From Candidatus Omnitrophota bacterium (GTDB lineage: Bacteria > Omnitrophota > Gorgyraeia > Duberdicusellales > 4484-171), in assembly GCA_018826075.1 (NCBI GenBank), contig JAHKAJ010000025.1, forward strand, positions 37,608-101,607: a stretch of DNA of 64,000 nucleotides. The letters are read 5' to 3'. A model generated the notes under the pieces. The model was not told where the DNA came from. It searched no databases and saw nothing but the letters and a program-made list of their open reading frames with translations. Both the position numbers and the translations under genes were made by a program. Shown here piece after piece: positions 47,169 through 56,355 of this stretch (the first letter of the stretch is position 1; every line of letters starts with the position of its first letter).

Positions 47169-47426
47169 CTATGGCTCAAGCTCAACTGTTTCGCCTTCGA
47201 TAAATTTCTTTCGGTCATCACCATTTTCTAAATAAAAACAGAATATATCTAAATCAGGGCTACCATCTTTCTTCAATGCCCTTGGTTGCGAAATAGACCT
47301 TTTTATCGGGCACCCCCCGAGAGTCGGGGAATTCCCAAGCTCAATATTATATTCTTCAAGTTGCCTTACAAATATCCCAGTAGGCTTGCCTTCCAATACA
47401 TATTCGACTGTAAATTTGTATTTCAT
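47169..47426 (-). CDS. hypothetical small protein
   Basis: 85 aa with no recognisable motif. Shares an upstream leader motif with its neighbours. Confidence 0.3.
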   Translation of the reverse strand: MKYKFTVEYVLEGKPTGIFVRQLEEYNIELGNSPTLGGCPIKRSISQPRALKKDGSPDLDIFCFYLENGDDRKKFIEGETVELEP

Positions 47427-47568
47427 TTTTTTTATTAAGCTAACACAAAAATCAGCTGTCAGCCGAGCCAGCTATATTCGACAGCGAGGATGGTCGGCTG
47501 GATGGAGTTGCTTTTCTCATTCGTTCAATGCCCAATAGTTAAATTTTCTCACTCAAGAATCAACAGAA

Positions 47569-48096
47569 TCACTTAGTTGAAGAAATAAACTCAAGAGTTT
47601 CAAAACTCTTTTCAACCAAAGGGAGAAGCTGCGCAAATTCTTCTTTACCAGCTGAAAAGGTTACAACGATTTGCTTATTGTTTTTGAAAAATTGTATTTG
47701 CATATCCTTTCCATGCAAATTAGACGATGTAGACTTTATTGCCTCGAATCCGTTAAAATTAATGATTTCTACGGTGAGATATCCTGGCTGTCGCTTCATC
47801 GTTTCAACCATGTCTTTGAGGACGTCTATTTCCTTGCGGCTTGAAAAAATGATATCGTAACCCCCCGTTAAAAATACAAACCCTAAGAATGCTGATGAAT
47901 CAATATTCTCGGGTGAGAAATTAAGAATCGTATCGTGATCAAAATCTATGGTCTTCCATCCCTGCGGTGGAATAAATTTTATAGTTTCCGTGCCCATTAG
48001 GTAAATCCCATCAACAGCGGGTTCTTGCATGCTTTGTGCAAAACAAAAAGTACAAACTATTAAAGACATGAATAGAAAAGTAAAGCTTTTCTTCAT
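47569..48096 (-). CDS. hypothetical secreted protein
   Basis: Signal peptide MKKSFTFLFMSLIVCTFCFA. RBS GGAGGC upstream of ATG 48096. Confidence 0.4.
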   Translation of the reverse strand: MKKSFTFLFMSLIVCTFCFAQSMQEPAVDGIYLMGTETIKFIPPQGWKTIDFDHDTILNFSPENIDSSAFLGFVFLTGGYDIIFSSRKEIDVLKDMVETMKRQPGYLTVEIINFNGFEAIKSTSSNLHGKDMQIQFFKNNKQIVVTFSAGKEEFAQLLPLVEKSFETLEFISSTK

Positions 48097-48181
48097 TAAG
48101 CCTCCTTTTTTTATTTTTTCATCTAACACAAAAATCAGTCGACCGACCAAACGAGAAAGTGCGCTAGGAGTATCAAGTGGA

Positions 48182-48628
48182 TTACTTTATTATAAGTTTT
48201 TTTATTCTTAGAAGGTAAATAAATAATCCCAGCGCCACAATATTTACGCCGATTGACCACGGATTTTTAGAAAGAATAAAAAAAGAAAATTCAGCCCCTA
48301 ATTTAAAAAATATGCTGATGCGATTAAATGCTATCTCGGGAGTTAGATGAAAACCAGAAACAAAAAAATAAGTTACAATTGGCGATGATAACTTTACAAT
48401 TTGAATTCCTTGATAAACAATGGACAGTTTAATCCCGGTTTTTTGATCTTCAATAAGGCACAGTCCAGAGAAAACCCCGAATAAAAAAAACAATGCGAAC
48501 AATATAGAAACGAGAATATAAATAAGCTGCATTTGAGAGGAAAATAAAGCTGAAAGTATAATTACAAACCCTGTAAAACCTCCGCCAATCTCAAAAACAA
48601 TCAATAATCTTTTTATCCATTTATTCAT
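48182..48628 (-). CDS. hypothetical membrane protein (4 TM)
   Basis: Hydropathy pattern only. Confidence 0.35.
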   Translation of the reverse strand: MNKWIKRLLIVFEIGGGFTGFVIILSALFSSQMQLIYILVSILFALFFLFGVFSGLCLIEDQKTGIKLSIVYQGIQIVKLSSPIVTYFFVSGFHLTPEIAFNRISIFFKLGAEFSFFILSKNPWSIGVNIVALGLFIYLLRIKKLIIK

Positions 48629-48752
48629 TTATTCCTCCTTATTTTTATTCTATTACTTATAGCAATTAGTAGACGACAGCTATGCTTTCTGTGATTTATA
48701 AAGTTTATAGGTAAATTATACCACTTTTTTAAGGTTTTTCATGTTGATTGCT

Positions 48753-49328
48753 TTATTTAAAATGTAATATGTCTTTAAGCGGCCTTTTGGGAACGTGCAG
48801 ACGGCCTTTTTTGTCCAGCCAATACTTAACCTTTTTGGAATCAGTTTCCAACTTGGGTTTTTCGTCCGAATAGCCGCAGGCGATCAATGAATCAATCAAA
48901 TAAATTTTAGGGATCTTGAAAATCTTTCTTAAGGCCTCTTTGTCAATACTGGCAATCCAGCAGGAGCCAATGCCTTCAGCCAATAATGACAAGATGATGT
49001 TTTCAGCAGCTGCTCCCACATCACGCAAGTCAGGATTCGGGGATTTTTTCTGGTTAGCTAAAATAATGATGTAAGCTGTGGGTCGTTTTCCCAGCGGCGG
49101 CATCCGCTTAGGATACAAATATCCGGCCCAGCGAGTCAAAGGAAATATCTTTTGGCATGGCTTTGGTTTATTTACTGCCAGGTATTCGATGAATTGCAAG
49201 TTTGCCGCTGAAGGCGCCAGGCGTCCGGCATTCACCGCCCGCTTTATCGCTGCTAAGGAAACTGGTCTTTGTTTAAACAGCCTGATCGAGCGGCGGGTGG
49301 TTATTAGTTTTTGTAGTTGGTTTTGCAT
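48753..49328 (-). CDS. nitroreductase family protein
   Basis: TRRSIRLF...APSAANLQ match nitroreductase FMN-binding motifs. Confidence 0.75.
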   Translation of the reverse strand: MQNQLQKLITTRRSIRLFKQRPVSLAAIKRAVNAGRLAPSAANLQFIEYLAVNKPKPCQKIFPLTRWAGYLYPKRMPPLGKRPTAYIIILANQKKSPNPDLRDVGAAAENIILSLLAEGIGSCWIASIDKEALRKIFKIPKIYLIDSLIACGYSDEKPKLETDSKKVKYWLDKKGRLHVPKRPLKDILHFK

Positions 49329-49358
49329 GGATGGCGCTTGTTACTCCAACCGGCTGCG

Positions 49359-49411
49359 CCACCTACGAGGAGTCCGCTGACTCGTATCTTATGGCGGACA
49401 CCTCGTAGGTG
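49359..49411. promoter_or_regulatory. long imperfect inverted repeat carrying the CCACCTACGAGG motif between ribD stop and nitroreductase start
   Basis: CCACCTACGAGGAGTCCGC...16-nt loop...GCGGACACCTCGTAGGTG: an 18-bp stem with one mismatch and no T-tract. Confidence 0.45.
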
Positions 49412-49418
49412 TAGACGG

Positions 49419-50495
49419 TTATTTGGGATAACCTGAGATTAAAATATCGTCTTTGATTCTTTCTATCTCGATATCGTTTAAAACTAAAGCCTTGTTCAAA
49501 AAAGCAATGCCCTCGGCGCCGATAGAGGTTAAGGCGGTTTTACCGCCGATTATTTTAGGAGCGATGAACAAAAAAACTTTATCCACAGCTTTAGCGTCAA
49601 CAAATCTGCCGATAGTCTCTGCACCACCTTCGACGAAAACCGACATGATTCCACATTTGTAGAGTGCTTTTAAGATTGCTCTTACGGAGAGCTTTCCGGA
49701 TTTATCTTTTTTTAGATAGACCAGCCTCACTGCTTTGGGTATTTTTCTGGCTTTTGGCTTACTGCTTAAGGCAGTCACGATTATTAACTTCTCCGGGTGA
49801 TGGTTTACAATGAAAGCCTTTTGAGGAATCCTTAAATCCGGGTCGATTACCACCTTAAAAGGAATTCTTTTTAAACCTTTTAAGCCGGGGTTATCTTTAA
49901 CTACAGTGTTTACACCGACTAAAACCGCATCGTATTTATCACGTAAAATCTTGGCTCTCCGGCGGGACTTTTCATTAGTAATCCATTGGGATTGGCCGCT
50001 GGCAGTTACCGTCTTTCCGTCTAAGCTTTGGGCCACTTTTACCACCACAAAAGGCAAAGCCTGTTTGATGTTTTTAAAAAACACTTCATTAAGCTTTACA
50101 GCTTGTTTTTGACCCAAACCTAAGCTGACTTGAATACCGGCTTTCTTAAGTTTAGCTATGGATTTACCATTTACTTTCGGGTTAGGATCTTTAACCGCAA
50201 TAACCACTTTTTTAAACTTTCTCTTGAGCAGTTCATCCAAACAAGGCGGAGTTTTTCCGAAATGACAACAAGGCTCTAAATTGATATAAACAGTTGACCC
50301 TTTTAAATCTTTAAGTTTAGCTTTTCTGATGGCTTCGATTTCAGCATGAGGAAAACCGGATTTTTTATGATAGCCTTCGGCAATAATTCTTTTACCCTTT
50401 ACAATCACCGCACCGACTAAAGGATTGGGCGAAACAAAACCTTCTCCCTTTTTAGCTAAAAAAAGAGCACGCTGGATAAAATAATTTTCCGGCAT
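49419..50495 (-). CDS. ribD: bifunctional riboflavin biosynthesis deaminase/reductase
   Basis: CMP/dCMP deaminase zinc motifs HAEIEAI...PCxxC (EPCCHFGKTPPC) plus a C-terminal reductase domain. Confidence 0.9.
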   Translation of the reverse strand: MPENYFIQRALFLAKKGEGFVSPNPLVGAVIVKGKRIIAEGYHKKSGFPHAEIEAIRKAKLKDLKGSTVYINLEPCCHFGKTPPCLDELLKRKFKKVVIAVKDPNPKVNGKSIAKLKKAGIQVSLGLGQKQAVKLNEVFFKNIKQALPFVVVKVAQSLDGKTVTASGQSQWITNEKSRRRAKILRDKYDAVLVGVNTVVKDNPGLKGLKRIPFKVVIDPDLRIPQKAFIVNHHPEKLIIVTALSSKPKARKIPKAVRLVYLKKDKSGKLSVRAILKALYKCGIMSVFVEGGAETIGRFVDAKAVDKVFLFIAPKIIGGKTALTSIGAEGIAFLNKALVLNDIEIERIKDDILISGYPK

Positions 50496-50498
50496 AAT

Positions 50499-51344
50499 CT
50501 ATGAGTATTTCAGAACCTGGCGGCGGGACTTCATCTCCTCAACCCACTGATAAGGAACCGTGACTTTACCGATCTTGGTAAACTCTTTATAGCTGCCATG
50601 GGCATCAGAACCGCCGCTTTTAAGCAAGCTGTGTTTTTTTACCATATCACTGTAGAGCAATTTTTTAGCCTGAGACATACTGGAGTAAGCCAGTTCTAAA
50701 CCATCTATTCCCGAAGAAATAAACTCCTCTATCCATTGCTGGTTGGGGATTATGTGCGGATGGGCCAGAAATGAAAGCCCCTGATATTGCCTGATCAAAG
50801 CAGCGGCCTCTCCTACCGAATATTTGAAGCGGGCCCGGTAAGCCGGTTTACCCGGTGAAAGGTATTTACGAAAAGCCTCATAAAGCGAAGTAACTATTCC
50901 TTTATTCAAAAGATATAGGGCTAAGTGCAGACGAGTGGGTATGGTGTCACCGACTTTAGCCATCAACTCCTGGCTGTCTACGTTTAAGCCCAGGGACGCT
51001 AAAATATCAGCCATCTCGATCAAGCGGCTGCGGCGCAGCAACTTGATCTTTTCTAATTCCTGGCTTAGCTGGGGGTTATCCGAATCAATAAAATACCCTA
51101 AAACATGGACTTCCACATCTTGATGCTGAGCACTCAATTCAATCGCTTCAATCAATTCAACGCCGTATTCCCGACTGCAGATACGCGCCTGGTTTACTCC
51201 GCCGACAGTGTCATGGTCAGTCAAAGCAATACAGCGCAAACTTTTTTCTTTAGCTTGCTTAAAAATATTCTCAACCGTAAGGTCACTGTCGGAAAACTTA
51301 GAATGGATATGTAAATCGCAAAGGTTATCGGTGATCTCACTCAT
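50499..51344 (-). CDS. PHP-domain phosphoesterase (possible histidinol-phosphatase)
   Basis: LCDLHIHSKFSD, LTDHDT and GSDAHG are PHP metal-binding motifs. 281 aa. Confidence 0.65.
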   Translation of the reverse strand: MSEITDNLCDLHIHSKFSDSDLTVENIFKQAKEKSLRCIALTDHDTVGGVNQARICSREYGVELIEAIELSAQHQDVEVHVLGYFIDSDNPQLSQELEKIKLLRRSRLIEMADILASLGLNVDSQELMAKVGDTIPTRLHLALYLLNKGIVTSLYEAFRKYLSPGKPAYRARFKYSVGEAAALIRQYQGLSFLAHPHIIPNQQWIEEFISSGIDGLELAYSSMSQAKKLLYSDMVKKHSLLKSGGSDAHGSYKEFTKIGKVTVPYQWVEEMKSRRQVLKYS

Positions 51345-51756
51345 TTTTAAGCTTATCCTCGGCTTTATATATTTTATCTAACACACCGTTAACAAAACGC
51401 GGCGAATCCATATCGCCAAAGCGCTTAGCCAGCTCGATTGCCTCGTTGATCGAAACTTTGGGAGGAATATCATCAAGAAAGGTCAATTCAAAACAGGCTA
51501 TCCTCAAAATATTACGGTCAATAACCGCCATCCGGTCGATGCCCCAGTTTTTTACGTATTTTTTTATCAACGAATCGATCTGGACTGAATTCTTAAGCAC
51601 GCCGTCTAATAAAATCCAGGAAAAATCAATTACTTCCTGTTTCTGGGGGTATTGTTGTAGATAACCGTCTCGGGCTTGGGCAGGATCAGCTTTAGACAAC
51701 TCTATTTGATAAAGAAGGCATAAGGCGATCTCTCTTGATTTTGTTCTTAAACGCAT
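51337..51756 (-). CDS. nusB: transcription antitermination factor NusB
   Basis: REIALCLLYQIE and the conserved helical core. 139 aa, downstream of ribH as in many rib operons. Confidence 0.85.
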   Translation of the reverse strand: MRLRTKSREIALCLLYQIELSKADPAQARDGYLQQYPQKQEVIDFSWILLDGVLKNSVQIDSLIKKYVKNWGIDRMAVIDRNILRIACFELTFLDDIPPKVSINEAIELAKRFGDMDSPRFVNGVLDKIYKAEDKLKNE

Positions 51757-52214
51757 TAAAGTTGCGAATAAATGTCAGCCATTTCTAAGGCTGAGAGAGC
51801 AGCATCGCGGCCTTTATTGCCCTGTTTGGTTCCTGAACGCTCCACAGCCTGTTCAACTGTGTCAGCAGTAATCACGCCAAAAACTACCGGAACCTTTTTA
51901 TCCTGGGCAAACCGGGCAACGCCTTTAGAAACTTCCGAAGCGATATAGTCAAAATGCGGGGTCTCACCGCGGATAACCGCGCCCAAAGCAATAACCGCAT
52001 CAAACTTTTTAGTATCCAATTTGCTTAACACTTGGGGTATCTCGAAAGCACCCGGCGTCCAGATAACCGAAATATTATCATCGCCTACCCCTGATTTCTT
52101 TAAAGCATCAAGGCATCCCGAAAGCAGCTGATTTGAGATAAATTCATTAAACCGGGAAACAACGATCGCTATCTTCTTTCCTTTACCCGAAAAATTTCCT
52201 CTTATCTCTTTCAT
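51756..52214 (-). CDS. ribH: 6,7-dimethyl-8-ribityllumazine synthase
   Basis: KIAIVVSRFNEFI...LGAVIRGETPHFDY match the lumazine synthase motifs. Confidence 0.9.
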   Translation of the reverse strand: MKEIRGNFSGKGKKIAIVVSRFNEFISNQLLSGCLDALKKSGVGDDNISVIWTPGAFEIPQVLSKLDTKKFDAVIALGAVIRGETPHFDYIASEVSKGVARFAQDKKVPVVFGVITADTVEQAVERSGTKQGNKGRDAALSALEMADIYSQL

Positions 52215-52230
52215 TTTTTAACCTCCCTCT

Positions 52231-53430
52231 CTATAAAATATGGTCAAGTTTTTCTTTTTTAGTTTTAAGATAACGCTGGTTATCACAATGAGCCGGGCTT
52301 TTTATCGGTATCCGCTCGACGATCTCCAAACCATAACCTTCCAGGCCGATTATTTTCTTAGGGTTATTGGTCAAAAGCCTAATCTTAGTCACTCCCAAAT
52401 CAACTAAGATCTGGGCTCCGATGCCATAATCGCGCAAATCAGAAGCAAAACCTAAACTTTGATTCGCCTCAACAGTATCATGGCCCTGTTCCTGTAAAGA
52501 GTAAGCTTTCATCTTGGCTTTTAGACCAATGCCTCGTCCTTCCTGACGCATGTAAAGCAGCACGCCCCCAGAGGACCCGATCATCTCTAATGACTGATCG
52601 AGTTGGCGGCCGCAATCGCAACGCCGCGAAGTAAAAATATCTCCGGTAAGGCACTCTGAATGCACGCGCACAGTTACCGGATCTTTTCCGATATCGCCTT
52701 TGACCAAAGCCAGATGTTCGGAACAATCCAGAAGAGATTCATAAAGAAAAAGCTTAAAATCTCCGTAGTCAGTGGGTAAATTTACTTGAGTAACCAGCTT
52801 TACCAATTTTTCACTTTTCCGACGATGTTCGATCAAAGAAGCAATAGTGCATATTTTCAAATTATGTTTTTTGGCAAACTCGATTAGATCAGGAAGACGG
52901 GCCATTGAACCGTCAGGATTGATGATCTCACAGATCACTCCTGCCGGATAGACTCCGGCCAGTTTAGCTAAATCTACGGCGGCTTCAGTATGACCGGCTC
53001 TAATCAACACTCCTCCTTCACGGGCCTCCAAAGGAAAAATATGGCCGGGTTTTACTAAATCACTGTTTTTTGATTTTGAATCGATTAAAACCGAGATAGT
53101 CCTTGAACGATCAAATGCAGAAATCCCGGTGGTGACACCGGTCTTAGCATCAACCGACACCCGCCAGGCGGTCTTAAAAGGGTCACCAGGAAGCTCCCGG
53201 TGCATCGGCTCTAAGGCCAACTCCTCGATCCGGCTGTGTTCCAGAGGCACACAAACCAGGCCTCTTGCCTCTTTAATCATAAAGTTGATGATTTCCGGCC
53301 GGGCAAATTGAGCACAAACCACTAAATCGCCCTCGTTTTCCCTACCTTCATCATCCACCACAATGACCATCCGGCCCTGCCGTAGATCCTCTAAAATAGC
53401 GTTTATCGGGCTGAACATAGTAAAATACAT
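52231..53430 (-). CDS. ribBA: bifunctional DHBP synthase / GTP cyclohydrolase II
   Basis: RENEGDLV (RibB) and CxCxRQ...C zinc motif CDCGRQ (RibA). Confidence 0.9.
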   Translation of the reverse strand: MYFTMFSPINAILEDLRQGRMVIVVDDEGRENEGDLVVCAQFARPEIINFMIKEARGLVCVPLEHSRIEELALEPMHRELPGDPFKTAWRVSVDAKTGVTTGISAFDRSRTISVLIDSKSKNSDLVKPGHIFPLEAREGGVLIRAGHTEAAVDLAKLAGVYPAGVICEIINPDGSMARLPDLIEFAKKHNLKICTIASLIEHRRKSEKLVKLVTQVNLPTDYGDFKLFLYESLLDCSEHLALVKGDIGKDPVTVRVHSECLTGDIFTSRRCDCGRQLDQSLEMIGSSGGVLLYMRQEGRGIGLKAKMKAYSLQEQGHDTVEANQSLGFASDLRDYGIGAQILVDLGVTKIRLLTNNPKKIIGLEGYGLEIVERIPIKSPAHCDNQRYLKTKKEKLDHIL

Positions 53431-53531
53431 TAACTCATACCGCTAAAATTGTCAAGGCATTTTAGGCTTTGAGCAAACAAACCTAAGCCAATAACTTATT
53501 TGGAGTTAAAGAGTTAAAAAACGAGGGATGA

Positions 53532-53942
53532 TTAACGTTTGGTCCACTGGAATCTTCGACGAGCGCCTTTACGACCGTATTTTTTACGCTCTTTAGCACG
53601 GGGATCGCGGGTAAGCAGGTCTTCCCGGCGCAAGGTGCTGCGCAGCTGAGGGTCTAATTTAACCAAGCAGCGAGATATGCCTAAACTCACTGCTCCGGCC
53701 TGGCCGCTAAGCCCACCGCCCCTGACCCTGGCTAAAACATCCATCTTGTCAATGGCTTCGATCACTAAAAGGGCTTTTTTGACTTGAGCCTGGTTGTCAA
53801 CAGTAGCAAAATAACTGTTCAGTTGTTTGCCGTTGATGACGATTTTTCCCTTGCCTTGGGGAATAAGACGCACACAAGCTACAGCCTCTTTTCTGCGGCC
53901 GGTAGCGGAAAATATTTCTTTGGGTTTTTCTTTCATAGTCAT
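53532..53942 (-). CDS. rpsI: 30S ribosomal protein S9
   Basis: C-terminus KKYGRKGARRRFQWTKR. Confidence 0.9.
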   Translation of the reverse strand: MTMKEKPKEIFSATGRRKEAVACVRLIPQGKGKIVINGKQLNSYFATVDNQAQVKKALLVIEAIDKMDVLARVRGGGLSGQAGAVSLGISRCLVKLDPQLRSTLRREDLLTRDPRAKERKKYGRKGARRRFQWTKR

Positions 53943-54364
53943 AAGTTGATTACTTGCGGCTTTTGAGCTTGTTGATCGTGATCACCTTCAGCATAAACCT
54001 TTAATGATTTAATCATTACCCGACCTAGATTATTCCTGGGAAGCATGCCCTTGATTGCCGTGTAAACCACCTTGGTGGGATTCTTCTTCATCAAGTCTCT
54101 CAAACTCATATTCTTTAAACCGCCGGGATAACCGGAATAACGGTCGTAAATTTTAGTATTATACTTATTGGCCGTAAGCTTTACATGGCGGGCATTGATT
54201 ACTATAACTCTATCTCCGCAAATAGCATTAGGTGTATATATCGGCTTATGCTTACCTTGCAAAACCCTGGCTATTCTGGTAGCCAGCCGGCCTAAAACTT
54301 TATCTTTGGCATCGACTACTACCCATTTTTCCTGGCAAGAGCTGAAAAATTTAGTCTTTTTCAT
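53939..54364 (-). CDS. rplM: 50S ribosomal protein L13
   Basis: WVVVDAKDKVLGRLATRIARVLQGKHKP. Start trimmed to ATG at 54364. Confidence 0.9.
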   Translation of the reverse strand: MKKTKFFSSCQEKWVVVDAKDKVLGRLATRIARVLQGKHKPIYTPNAICGDRVIVINARHVKLTANKYNTKIYDRYSGYPGGLKNMSLRDLMKKNPTKVVYTAIKGMLPRNNLGRVMIKSLKVYAEGDHDQQAQKPQVINL

Positions 54365-54425
54365 AGGGGAAAATATACCATGTTTTGAAAGATTGTCAAC
54401 AGATAAAAACAAATAGGTCAACTGG

Positions 54426-55139
54426 TTAAAGCAGGGCTTTAGCTTGAGGAATGGTAAATTTCTCTTCGTAAAGGGCTTTTCCGGCAATAACCCCCCAAAG
54501 AAAAGGAGCTGATTTTTTTAGCTGTTTTAAGTCCTCTAAGGAAGCTACTCCTCCGGAAGCAATAAAATTCATCTGGCTAAATGTGGACAACCCCGATATC
54601 TGTTGGTAATTCATGCCCTTTAAAGTGCCGTCCCGGGAAATGTCAGTATAGATTACCCAGGTTATTCCTTTCAATTGAAGATAAGCAATAAAATCCAAGC
54701 CGCTGAAATCAGTCTTTTCCTTCCAGCCGTTTATGGCCAAACAGGAATCCAAAACATCTACGCCAATAGCGATTCTTTCCTTATCAATTGATCCCAAAAG
54801 CTGATTAAGAAAATCTTCATCTAAAGCTTTAGTGCCGATGATGATTCGTTTAGCCCCTAAAGACAAAAGTTTTTTGGCTTTCTTAATGTCGCGTATGCCT
54901 CCGCCGACCTGAATCTCAATATCCAGCTGGTCGATAATATTTTTTATTATCTCTGAATTATCGCCCTGGCCTAAAGCCGCTGAAAGATCGACCAGATGAA
55001 GAAGTTCTGCCCCTTGGTCTTGCCATTTCCTGGCTATTGATAAAGGGTCGTCACTGTAAGTCTTAGAACGATTGGGATCTCCTTTAGTCAAGCGGACGAC
55101 TTTTTCCTGGTATAGATCAATGGCCGGAATTATCTTCAT
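54426..55139 (-). CDS. hisA: ProFAR isomerase
   Basis: MKIIPAIDL...VGGGIR are HisA/HisF TIM-barrel motifs. Ordered after hisH. Confidence 0.85.
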   Translation of the reverse strand: MKIIPAIDLYQEKVVRLTKGDPNRSKTYSDDPLSIARKWQDQGAELLHLVDLSAALGQGDNSEIIKNIIDQLDIEIQVGGGIRDIKKAKKLLSLGAKRIIIGTKALDEDFLNQLLGSIDKERIAIGVDVLDSCLAINGWKEKTDFSGLDFIAYLQLKGITWVIYTDISRDGTLKGMNYQQISGLSTFSQMNFIASGGVASLEDLKQLKKSAPFLWGVIAGKALYEEKFTIPQAKALL

Positions 55140-55756
55140 AACTTTAAAAAATTATCCAAAAGGCGAAGGCCCTGGCTCTGGCTTTTTTCGAGGTGAAACT
55201 GCACTGCCCAAACATTTTCTTTATTAATACTTGAGGCAAATTCAACCCCGTAATCAGTAGTGGTGGCAATTATGCTTTTATCTTTAGGCTGACAATAATA
55301 GGAGTGTACGAAATAAAAAAAACTTTTATCCTTAATCCCTTTAAATAAATTATCTTGCTTCTCTGTCTCTTTGCTTCTTTGTTTCTTAATTTGATTCCAT
55401 CCCATATGCGGCACAGCTAAAGACTTGCTGCTGAATCTTTTAACTTTACCCTTAAACAAAGCCAAACCTTTTATTCCCGGCGCCTCTGAACTCTCTTCAA
55501 ACAATATCTGCATACCCAGGCAAATACCTAAAAAAGGAACACCAGCCTTAGCTTTTTCCTGAAGCAGCGAAAAAAGTTTTCTTTTTTTCAGTTCTTTTAC
55601 TGCCCGGCCAAAGTGGCCGACCCCGGGAAAAATAATCTTAGTGGCTTTCTCTAATACCTTAGGACTGTCGCTGACTTTAGCAGTTTTCCCCAAAAGCTTA
55701 CAGGCATTAACCACGCTCTTTAAATTCCCCATCCCGTAATCAACCACTACTATCAT
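55136..55756 (-). CDS. hisH: imidazole glycerol phosphate synthase, glutamine amidotransferase subunit
   Basis: VVVDYGMGNLKSV, GICLGMQ and VQFHLE are class I GATase motifs. Confidence 0.9.
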   Translation of the reverse strand: MIVVVDYGMGNLKSVVNACKLLGKTAKVSDSPKVLEKATKIIFPGVGHFGRAVKELKKRKLFSLLQEKAKAGVPFLGICLGMQILFEESSEAPGIKGLALFKGKVKRFSSKSLAVPHMGWNQIKKQRSKETEKQDNLFKGIKDKSFFYFVHSYYCQPKDKSIIATTTDYGVEFASSINKENVWAVQFHLEKSQSQGLRLLDNFLKL

Positions 55757-55758
55757 CG

Positions 55759-56343
55759 TTAATCGATTATGCCTTTAGTCGAAGGTATGCCTTTTCGGCG
55801 AGGGTCGATTTGAGTAGCCTGATCTAAAGCTTTACCCATAGCCTTAAAAAGCGCTTCTAGTAAATGATGCAGGTCTCCCTTACTGGACTTTATAATATAA
55901 ACCAGACTTATCCCAGCATGCTGGGTAAAACTTTCTAAAAATTCTTTAGCATCCTTAAAAGTGAAATTGGTATCGTCAAAAGTCCCTACTGGTATATCTT
56001 CACCCTCCAAAGACGGCCGGCCGGAGATATCGACATTAGCTTCGACCACCACTTTATCCATGGTCGCTGAAAAAGACCCGTAGCGGTTGATGCCGGATTT
56101 ATCGCCTAAAGCTTGTTTAAAAGCTTTGCCTAAAGCTATACCGATATCTTCGATTATGTGATGCTGTAAATCTCCGCTGGCATTAAGCTCCAAATCAAAT
56201 AAACCGTGAAAGGCAAACAAAGTAAGCAGGTGGTTTAAAGGCTCAAAACCTGTGCTTACCTTAGCCTGGCCTTCTCCGTCGATAACCAGAGTTCCATTAA
56301 TATCAACCTCATTGGTCTTTCTGGCAAGTGGCGCTTTTCTCAT
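55759..56343 (-). CDS. hisB: imidazoleglycerol-phosphate dehydratase
   Basis: IGPD motifs HHIIEDIGIALG and GxNxHHxxE. Confidence 0.9.
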   Translation of the reverse strand: MRKAPLARKTNEVDINGTLVIDGEGQAKVSTGFEPLNHLLTLFAFHGLFDLELNASGDLQHHIIEDIGIALGKAFKQALGDKSGINRYGSFSATMDKVVVEANVDISGRPSLEGEDIPVGTFDDTNFTFKDAKEFLESFTQHAGISLVYIIKSSKGDLHHLLEALFKAMGKALDQATQIDPRRKGIPSTKGIID

Positions 56344-56355
56344 GGTTCTCCCTTT

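Noticed and set aside
53431-53531. Expected an FMN riboswitch upstream of ribBA
   Set aside because: The 100-nt intergenic region is too short and lacks the conserved FMN aptamer motifs.
54365-54487. Longer N-terminus of the rplM ORF overlapping the hisA 3' end
   Set aside because: L13 homology starts at MKKTKFF (ATG 54364). The extension has no homology and overlaps hisA.
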